NCBI RefSeq assembly: GCF_006345805.1
Contig: NC_043005.1
Location: 9,982,001-10,046,000 of the forward strand
Reading direction: 5' to 3'
Origin: Octopus sinensis
Lineage: Eukaryota
DNA length: 64,000 bases
The notes below the pieces were generated by a model, which was not told where the DNA came from, did not search any database, and saw nothing but the letters and a program-made list of their open reading frames with translations. A program made the translations under genes and the position numbers. This document shows positions 54,266 to 64,000 of this stretch, in pieces; the first letter of the stretch is position 1; every line of letters begins with the position of its first letter.

Positions 54266-54413
54266 ATCAAAATAAGCAACAAGGATATCCAGAGGTAATA
54301 CAGTTCGATTGTTTCATACAACTCTATTTAATTGAACAATTGTTGAATTAAATGGAGTTGCATGAAACGATCGTACTGCATAACCTCTAGCTATCCTTGT
54401 TGCTTATTTTGAT
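54266..54413. repeat. 148-bp imperfect palindrome
   Basis: ATCAAAATAAGCAACAAGGATA ... TATCCTTGTTGCTTATTTTGAT centred on AACAATTGTT. Confidence 0.85.
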
Positions 54414-54519
54414 TTTAATCACCTTACTTTGAAATTGTATGGGTAATACCGTAGCTTCAACTTAAGTACCATATTCATCTGAATCCTAATTTTTGCTGAA
54501 CTCCTTTACCATACCCAAA

Positions 54520-54607
<88 letters not shown>

Positions 54608-55455
54608 TTTACACACATACATATATATGTATTATATATTTATACATACATACATTGTACTATGTAACACACTCGTGCTCAGGCCAATAAGGAAAAACTT
54701 CGATCCCGAATCTGTCGCTGGAGAGAAATATTTCTTATAGACGCGTGAAAACTGTCCAATGTCATATGAACGACACCATCAGACTGTAAGACACGTGTTT
54801 TTGCGGCGTTACGCATCATCAGCTACAAATACCGAATCCACTTTTTATAGCCATTAAAAACTGCCCTTCTTATATTTAAGACAAAAACAAAAAATATATA
54901 CTTACTGATGTGAGCAAAATTTTTACAGACTGGAATTAATTACTCAAATAAAGACACACTATATAGCTATGATTAAATTGAAGGCGTGTGCAGTTATATT
55001 AAACACGCTGGTGTGTTTTTCCTGTGTATTGTCTACATGGATAATTTTCTCCACAGACAGTCTCTGTACCGAAGGTATTTCACATATGAATGCGCTCGCA
55101 TGTGCTTCATATAACTGCACTCACCTACATTTTAATCATCTCTGCTTAGTGTATATATACATGTGTATTTGAGCGACTGTGTGCACACATACATATAACT
55201 GCACGTGCGTGTGTGCGTGTGAATGTGTGCGTAATTGTGAGTGTTTGCGTGTGTGTAGAATGTAGAGATTTATTTTAAAGAATTTTACGAATAACTCGAC
55301 AGAACATTTACTGAGTGGAGGAAAAAATCAATAAAGATGACTGAAATTTATAAAATTCGTTTTCATTCACGGTCCCTAGAAAGGATTGGTTTAAAAACGA
55401 ATTTTATTCACACTCACTCTTACACACACACATGCACACACACACACACACACAC

Positions 55456-55492
<37 letters not shown>

Positions 55493-55836
55493 AAGCGAAG
55501 ATATCCACTGTTAAAAAATGGAATCAATGTTAAAAACTTGATAGTATCATATATATATATTACTAAGTCTCTCTAAAGGAGATTACGGCAGCGTTACTGG
55601 AAATTAATACTTATCGCCATACTAATATGGCAGTCTATAAATATAAGACTAAAGCTGTCGCTGATTAGCTCCAAGAGGCCATCGTCTCTAGTTAGCTATA
55701 TGACACACGAACCTGCGTCCATTACAACCTTCGAACAGGGGAGGTGTCGACAAATTAATTACCTTTTGCGTACTGGAGCCGATCTAATCGACTGGACCCC
55801 TCCCCCACATTTCGGGCCTTGTACCTAGAGTAGAAA

Positions 55837-55870
<34 letters not shown>

Positions 55871-55872
<2 letters not shown>

Positions 55873-56032
55873 GACGGGCTTCTTTCTGTTTCCGTCTACC
55901 AAATCCACTCACAAGGCTTTGGTCGGCCCGCGGCTATAGTAGAAGACACTTGCCCAAGGTGCCACGCAGTGGGACTGAACCCGGAACCATGTAGTAGGTA
56001 GACAAGCTACTTACCACACAGCCACTCCTGCG

Positions 56033-56035
<3 letters not shown>
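55871..56035 (-). mobile_element. SINE family A, head half
   Basis: Match ends at the internal (TA)n. Confidence 0.85.
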
Positions 56036-56070
<35 letters not shown>

Positions 56071-56075
<5 letters not shown>

Positions 56076-57106
56076 TAATAAATAAAATATATGCATACAT
56101 ACAAACATATATGTACGTACCGACATCAACATGTATATATACATGCATATATAAATATATACACGTACAGGACACCACAAGAAGACGTAAAAAATCAACA
56201 GAAACGAAAACGGAAAAGCCATCCTGTTACAACAGAAGGACAGAGACGTGGAACAAGACGAAAACGAAAACGGGAAAAACAATTAGGTACAGCAGAAAAA
56301 CGAAGTACAGGACATGCCGCACAAGGAAAAATCCCCTTCATCAGCTGTCACTAGCAGACACAGCGTACCTCGAAGGCAAGACAGAACACGTCTGAGATGC
56401 TAAGCCTTCCTACGAGAGAATCAAAATAAAATAACCCCGCAGAGGGGTAAAACGAGCAAGAAAAAAATGTAACACAAAAGGGATGTAACAAAGAACTGCA
56501 CAAAAAAACAAGAAAAAATACAAAATTAAAGATACATGTACAAGAAAATACAAAACGAGAATCAAATTACAATACGAGAAATCAAAACAAACAAGTGAAC
56601 AAACGAAAAAGACGAACGAATGCCTTTGTTCTGGCGGGGACGAGAAGGTAACTGGCGAGCGCTGGAAAACATGACCTTAGGGCCTGAATGCAACAGGCGA
56701 AAGGATCAGCAGTGACGAAAGTGAGGAGGAGGGTGGGAGAGAGAGAGAGAGAGAGACAGATAGAGGAAGACACAGGCTAGAGAGAAGGGTGAGGCAGAGA
56801 GAGAAAGAGAGAGGGGAAGGCAAAGCAAAGGGAGAGAATTTCGCATCATTGTAGTAAACTGTAAAACAAACTGGGAGGAAAGAGACGGAACGAAGTGAGA
56901 ATTCGAAAAATCGAAAATTCAAACGAACCCGACGCGAAGCGCTGTCAGACAATAGTGTAATAAATAAAATATATGCATACATACAAACATATATGTACGT
57001 ACCGACATCTACATGTATATATACATGCATATATAAATATATATACGTACACGACACCACAAGAAGACGTAAAAATCAACAGAAACGAAAACGGAAAAGC
57101 CATCCT
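56071..57106. mobile_element. ~1-kb (TA)n-embedded element with ~155-bp terminal direct repeats, unclassified
   Basis: Direct repeats 56071-56225 and 56953-57106, near-identical; diverged partial copy in opposite orientation at ~60866-61085. Confidence 0.7.
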
Positions 57107-57109
57107 ATA

Positions 57110-57215
<106 letters not shown>

Positions 57216-57776
57216 TGTATGTATGTATATGTGTGTATACATATACATACATATTAGAACGAATACATGTCTGTGTGTGTGAGTGAGTGCATCTATTGCG
57301 TGTGTGTGGATATATTGCAGAAATAATATGCATGTTACGTGAGTCTATCCGAGCGTCGCGCTAACTTCACGTATTTAGAAATAATTTTTCTTCAAGAAAA
57401 TAAATGGAAAATTTTGGAATATTATGATTGTCCATTTATGTTGTTTTCTATTGCCTCTACAGCACTAATCTTTCAGTTGGGAATGTATAAATTATTGAAG
57501 AAATTTGATTATACGTTTCCATATAATGTAGTATAAGAAATCCGTACAAAGATATGGAGAATATGAAAAACTGCCCTGCGAATGAAATAGTGTGTGATGC
57601 AGTTAATTAATTAATATTCATACAAAGTTAATTTATATTGACTAATTTTTATATTAATATTTCTTTTATATTATTTATTATACACAAAACTGAGGAAATG
57701 AATTCCGCACGTTATGAATTATAACATCGTAACCTTGAAGAAGGTTAAAAGAACAAGACATAATATATAAATGTTC

Positions 57777-57779
<3 letters not shown>

Positions 57780-57824
<45 letters not shown>

Positions 57825-58100
57825 TGTGTGTGCTTGTGTGTGTGTGTGTCTGTGTTTGTGTGTGTGTATGTGTGTATGTGTGTGTTTGTGCGTGTGTATG
57901 TGTGTGTATGTGTGTGTGCGTGTGTATGTGTGTGTTTGTGCGTGTGTATGTGTGTGTATGTGTGTGTGCGTGTGTATGTGTGTGTTGTGTGTGTGTGTGT
58001 GTGTTTGTGTGGTGTATGTTTGTGGTGTGTGTGTGTGGTGTGGTGTGTGGTGTGTTGTGTGTGTGTATGTGTGTGTGTGTGTTGTGTGTGTGTGTGTGAA
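57780..58100. repeat. Compound (TG)n microsatellite
   Basis: Seen directly. Confidence 0.95.
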
Positions 58101-58599
58101 AACCATCTTTTAAATATCTTTAAACAGAAACTGTTTCCTTTCCATGTTCCAAATTTAATATTTTTTAAGCATCTTTTTTTTTACCCCGTTGTTATTATTA
58201 GACTTTTGCTGATTTCTTTGGAACAAACATCGACATTTCAAACCAGCCATATTTCAACCAACCATCCCATTTCATGATAAAGTAAGATGGTTGCTCGTTG
58301 ATTTATTGGTTGTTTCATGTCAGCCAAAACTTAACATGCTTTTGATCAAAATTATTTCAGACGTGATAAACGTCTATTCTATATTTATTTTATTTCGGTT
58401 GAAGATTAATACACCTAGAACTGCATTACCAAATATTTTCTGTTTTGAGACAATGGGGGTACAGTTTGAATAGGATTTAGCATTTATTTCTAGCAGGCCG
58501 ATTCCCCACATAAAAACTCCACATATGGCGGTGCCCCAGCATGGCCACAGCTCGTGAGCTGAAACTAGATAAAATAAAATAAAAAATAAAAAAGATATC

Positions 58600-58982
58600 T
58601 ATTTCTTTCCTGCCCACAAGGGGCTAAACATAGAGGGGACAAACAAGGACAGACAAAGAGATTAAGTCAATTACATCGACCCCAGTGCGAAACTGGTATT
58701 TTATTTATCAACCCCGAAAGGATGAAAGGCAAAGTCGACCTCGGCGGAATTTGAACTCAGAACGTAACAGACGAAATACCTATTTCTTTATTACCCACAA
58801 GGGGCTAAACATAGAAGGGACAAAGACAAACATAGGTATTAAGTCGATTACATCGACCCCAGTGCGAAACTGGATGAAAGGCAAAGTCGACCTCGGCGGA
58901 ATTTGAACTGAGAACGTAACGGCAGACGAAACACGGCTACGCATTTCGCCCGGCGCGCTAACATTTCTGCGAGCTCGCCGCC
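58600..58982 (-). mobile_element. SINE family C dimer, head-bearing unit internally deleted
   Basis: Junction GAAATACC|TATTTC at ~58775-58786. Confidence 0.85.
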
Positions 58983-59730
58983 CTATAGAAATTCTATATA
59001 TCACCTCTAGATGATTCTGTAAAGTCCTGCACGAGATTTCCATTTTCTTCTTGTAAAATTCGTGGAAAGCAAGTGATAAATTTTTTAAAGTTTGAGCACT
59101 TGTGGGACACACGGCCTGTTTCGAACACAGGGCGTTTTATCTTCATCTCCCTTATGAATCACCCACAATCGCTATTTTGGCTATTTTCATTACACTTTCA
59201 AAGGTACACATCATGATGTGGTGCGACCGTGTAATAATAGCTGAATTAACCTTGATGGAGAATGTTTTTTTCTTCTACATGTAACTTAGCTCAAATCCTC
59301 TTAAGATGCTTATTTAATCTCTGCTGACAGCCTAATTTATTTCTCTGATGCTTCTAAAGTAATCTAACCCAGCCTTTCACACCGAAACAATCTTTATTAT
59401 TGACTGATATGATGTTAATATTTCTATTACCATTGTCACAACGATTATTGATACTACTTGTGTGGTGGTTGTCTATACATACATACAAACATACATACAT
59501 ACATGCATACCATACATACATACATACATACATACGTACGTATGAATGTATGTATGTATGTATGTATGTATGTATGTATGTATGTATGTATGTATGTATG
59601 TATGCATATATGTATGTATGAATGTATATAAAGTTAATCCAAACAAGAAAGCACAAAAAAACACAACAACGCGAGAACGTGGAACAAATATAGTATTATT
59701 GGACGCTCAGGAAAGGGGGAAAGAAGGAGG

Positions 59731-59765
59731 GTTTAACCTTTCAAGCGGAGCTCTTCGTCGGAAAC
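59731..59765 (-). ncRNA. Hammerhead-like motif, family beta, mutated stem III (element ~59632-59840)
   Basis: Minus strand: GUUU CCGACGA A GAGC ucc GCUU GAAAG GUU AAAC. Confidence 0.45.
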
Positions 59766-59885
59766 ATAGGAGAAGGAAAGATCCAGAGAAGGGAAGACAG
59801 AGGGAAAAAAATCGCCAACGGTACACATGAGGTCACATGTACATATGTATGTATGTATGTGTCTATGTATGTATGTATATATATA

Positions 59886-59930
<45 letters not shown>

Positions 59931-60173
59931 AGAGAAGAAAATGGAGAAATACATCTAAATCAAATATCAATTACCAGATAATACTCAATCACATACTTTA
60001 TTAAACCACCACACAAGAGACTGTAGGGTTAATTATAAAAAGCAGAACAAATCAGTGTACATAAAGGAATGTATATAAAAAAGTGTACATAAAAGAGTAA
60101 TGTTGTATAATGAGTAGAATATATATAAAAGAGAATATAAATATAAGTAAATATAAATATAAGTATAGTTTAC

Positions 60174-60300
60174 ATCTTACAGCTGTTTCGGCCATGTTGA
60201 TAAGTATGTCTCATTTTACCAATATTAGCCCTTTATGGTTGGTCAATATATAGATATAAATGAGACATTTACAAAAATATCATAAGGCCTCTTCGGAGAT
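60174..60300 (-). ncRNA. Hammerhead-like motif with extended stem II, family epsilon, core CCGAAGA
   Basis: Minus strand: AUCU CCGAAGA GGCC [~90 nt including TGTCTCATTT/AAATGAGACA] GGCC GAAA CAGCUG UA AGAU. Confidence 0.65.
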
Positions 60301-60329
60301 TATGTAATATAACTCAGTCTACATATATA

Positions 60330-60417
60330 CCCACATGTATGTGTGTATGTATATATATAGTGGCCATGATTCCTGGCTTTCAGCCAGGTGGCCCGGGTTC
60401 GATTCCCTGTTTGAGAA
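60330..60417 (+). pseudogene. tRNA-Glu(TTC)-derived pseudogene interrupted by a microsatellite
   Basis: CCCACATG [TATGTGTGTATGTATATATA] TAGTGG..GATTCCTGGCTTTCAGCCAGGTGGCCCGGGTTCGATTCCC..; anticodon arm CCTGG-CTTTCAG-CCAGG; acceptor stem broken. Confidence 0.6.
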
Positions 60418-60433
60418 CAGCATTATTGATTCT

Positions 60434-60577
60434 AGGCTCAGGAGTGGCTGTGTGGTAAGTAGCTTGCTTATCAACCACTGCGTGGGACCTTCGGCACGTG
60501 TCTTGTACTATAGCCTCGGGTCGACCAAAACCTTGTGAGTAGATTTGGTAGACGGAAACTGAAAGAGGCCCGTCATA

Positions 60578-60616
<39 letters not shown>

Positions 60617-60820
60617 AAGATGGGGGGTTGTTCTTCCCTCTGCCATCGCTTCACAACCGATGCTGGTATGTTTATGTCCCCATCATTTAGTGGTTTGGCA
60701 AAAAAGACCGATAAAATAAGTGCTAAGGTTACAAGGAATAAGTGCTGGGGTCTAATTGTTCGACTAAATGGCAGCGCTCCAGCATGGACGTAGTCAAATG
60801 AGTGAAGCAAGTAAAAGAAT
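60434..60820 (+). mobile_element. SINE family A, diverged
   Basis: Head, CORE-like segment and tail recognisable. Confidence 0.8.
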
Positions 60821-61266
60821 TAAACAATGAAAGAATATACATATACACATACATATATATGTTTGACTGAAGAAGGGGTTTTTTCTTTGTGTTAATTGTC
60901 CTGTACTCTATTTTTTTGCTGTTTAAAAAATGTCCAGTTCCTTGGGTTTGTGTCTATGTTTTCGTTTCTCATTGTGTTCGACGTCTTTTTGGTGTCGTGT
61001 ACTCATATATGCGTGTATATGTACATTTAGAGGTAGGTAGGTACATATATGTTTATATATATGCATATGTTTTATTCATTAATATATAATATATATATAT
61101 ATATATATACATGTGTGTGTATGTGTGTGTATGTGTGTATACATACAGAAAGATTGAATCGAAAGAGAAAAATAGAGATGCATGGATGGTTAAGTGAAGA
61201 GTAATAGAGGAAGGGAAATAACGAACAGATAGATAGACAGAGAGACAGACAGACAGATAGAGACAC

Positions 61267-61322
<56 letters not shown>

Positions 61323-61334
61323 GGATAGATGGAT

Positions 61335-63134
61335 ATGTTTCTTTATTAGCCACACAGGGCTGCACACAGATAGAACAAATTACAAGGTAGAGCTTTTCTT
61401 TTGAAGGTATTAAAAAAAAAAAAAAAAAAAAGAAAAGGAAGGGGGAGGTTCGATCAAAAGGGATCGTAAAAGGAGAGAAAGAGGACAAAAAATAAGGGGG
61501 GGGTTAAAAAAAAAAAAAAAAAAGGGGGGGGGAGAGGAAAAAAATGATCAATAGGGATCGTTATCACGAGAAATGTCAATATGAAGTGTAAAGAGGGGAG
61601 GACAGGTGAGTTACCCGTGGAAAGAAAAGCCTGCGGAAAAGACCACGGTAACCTCGGTCAATGAAAGTCACATTTTATATTTCTTTTTTTTTTTTTTTTT
61701 TTGCAAATAAGCAACTCTCTGTTTTCGATTTCTGGGTTCATAGGACTATGCTCAAGGTGGCTTCGTCATTCATATGCCATTCTTGCTACATTCACCCATC
61801 TTTTTTTAAAACATTCGCTAGACAAAACTTGCCTCTCTACTCTCACTTTCCTTTTCAAGTGGTACTTGAAGAAGTTGATGAGAGATTGACCAGAGAGGAA
61901 AGTGTTTGTCTCCAATCCTTTCAGACGCGTCCACCAGATACATTCTTTCGCCATAGCCACAAGGATGATTGAAAATAGCTCTTCCTTCCCGTTTGAAGGA
62001 AGGAGGCGTGACAATATTGACGATAGACTCAGCTGATAAACCGACTCGTCCCACACGTGACAGCAGTTGTTCGACATAAGCCCACAGGTCGGAAATTGTT
62101 GGACACTGAACGAGTGCATGCAGAACGGTTCGTCGCTCTGACCGCATCTCGGGCAGGTCGGCCCCGTGTTTCTCGAGCCGTGTCTGTAGAGCTTATCCCG
62201 AACGGGTAGCGCTTCTCGGTAGCACTGCCAGGCCAGGGATCTCTGGAAGTTGTCCATGGGCCCTGGCCCGAAAGTCGTCCCGAACAGGCGGGTCGGGTAC
62301 TCCTCGTCGACGTCCAGGTTCGCCCCGAGCTCGTCGTCGTACCTCCCCTCCACTAAACCCCTATAGAATGCTTTGGTTGTGTTGAAGTCACTTAAGGTCG
62401 ACCCGGACGGCAGAGTTGCTTGAGAGCAACGCGACACTCGCGGTGCCATTCGCCCTTCCTCGGCCTCTTTTGATCCACGACTGCAGTTCGGTCATGGAGA
62501 CGAGCTGCGGGAAAGCGTGCCTCACAAACGGCGACCACACCTGTTCACCGTCGTCTACATAGAGCCAGAGATGTCGCAGTCTCAGCGCGTGTCTGCGCAT
62601 CATCAACCACGGCATGCCCAGCCCTCCTTTTAACGGGTGTTGACAGCAAATGGATCGCCTGAGCATCGGGACGCATCCTTTCCACAAGAAGCGAAAGAGG
62701 ATGCGTTGTAGTTTGGTGATGGTAGGGTCGGGACAAGGTACGACGGTCAGGCGGTAGTCGGTAGTATAGATGACGACGCGATGTACGTGTTCGCCACCTC
62801 CGCTCGACCTTTTAGGGACAGTTTCCTCTCGGGCCATTGCCGGGCGAGTGACCACCCTACTCGTTATCTCGTTCCAGTTCTTCTCCACTTGGAGGTCCGG
62901 ACCAAACCAGACCCCGAGCAAACTCAAACGGGCCGTCGGTCCAGCGTCCACGACGAGGCGCTGGTGGACGGCATGGGCTTGCTTCTCCAGTGCCTAGTCG
63001 CAAGCCCACTGACTTTTCCCGTTGATTTTCGCTCCTGTCACCGCTTCGTAGTTTTTCAGTGTCTCGCCGACCAGCTCGATGTGCTCGTGGCTAGACACTA
63101 TGACGGTGACGTCGTCCGCGTATGCAGACACGCT
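61335..63134 (-). mobile_element. 5'-truncated Tx1/L1-clade LINE: RT C-terminus, zf-RVT region and 3' UTR, frameshifted
   Basis: VSAYADDVTV (YADD at 63111-63122), LGVWFGP, LFRFLWKG...KGGLGMP, CPRCGQSDE / HALVQCP; GC-rich relative to its flanks; (GATA)n on both flanks. Confidence 0.92.
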
Positions 63135-63135
63135 C

Positions 63136-63198
<63 letters not shown>

Positions 63199-64000
63199 AA
63201 GATGATTAGATGGAGAGAAACAGGTAAACAGATATAAATGCCTCAGGATATCTACAAACGTAATAGCTATTTGTATGATATAATATTAGAGCTGTCACCT
63301 ATGTATTTCGTCTGTTAAAAATGTAAGTTTTATAATGCTAAGACAAACCATTAGAAAAATACGAAATATCACATGGTTGAGGTCACACTCACACATCAGA
63401 AAATGTACGGCTGATTAGTCCATGAATACATATCCTAAATCGGAAATAGATATTCTAAAACTAATACTAAGCAGAACTCTCCAACAATTTTGTACATATG
63501 ATTATAAATAGACTTAAATCAACTTCCATACAGCCAAAATAACACAGATTATACGTGATCTATGAATGCGAGCCATATTTTTCTCTTCGGAACATTGAAT
63601 ACAAACTGAGGTATCTAATTGTCTTTCATGATGACCAGGAATGTTGATTATAGGAAAGCAAATTTGAAGAATTATTCGTGTATTTGTTGTTTGTTCGGAG
63701 ATCAGTCATGTCTGGACATACGTATGATCAAAGGTGTCGCCGCTATGATCGTACTCTCTCTTTTTATCTGGCATTGCATATCCTGGGACTACGTTATATA
63801 AAGTGTAGTTACTATTTCAAAGCGTTCGAATAATAACTGATTAAAATCCAGCAAATGTTTCAAACAATCCCAGAACCCAAGTGGAATTCCCATCGTCAGC
63901 TTAGGTATTCATGCAGTACTTGTTTGGGGATTTGATCTAAGAATGATGTGTTGAAGCTGAAAATAATGTAGCCATCGATGTATCATACTTAATGTATACA

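Noticed and set aside
56315-56350. CUGAUGA plus hairpin on the minus strand as a hammerhead
   Set aside because: GUGC rather than GAAA follows stem II, here and in the diverged copy at ~60866; no stem III or UH site is found.

Overview
This is AT-rich eukaryotic non-coding DNA, most likely intronic or intergenic octopus sequence (inferred from the SINE families and the extreme microsatellite load). I cannot confidently identify a cellular protein-coding gene. Almost all ORFs in the track are microsatellite translations, and the rest are decayed transposon ORFs. The recognisable content is three or four tRNA-derived SINE families, four ~396-bp non-autonomous Helitrons, hAT- and Merlin-type MITEs, Tc1 and piggyBac transposase remnants, Tx1/L1-clade, CRE-like (RLE) and CR1/L2-like LINE remnants, and a tRNA-Glu pseudogene. 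Four observations stand out. (1) About a dozen minimal type-I hammerhead-ribozyme-like motifs sit in at least five unrelated short (TA)n-embedded, Penelope-like elements, with stem covariation and recurrent non-canonical cores (CCGANGA, CUGUNGA). (2) One SINE forms head-to-tail 184/188-bp multimers bracketed by a single TSD. (3) A Tx1-clade LINE is embedded in (GATA)n at both ends in two independent copies, and its 3' terminus is shared with that SINE. (4) A separate retroelement tail is always embedded in (TAA)n. All structure calls are by eye and need computational or experimental confirmation.
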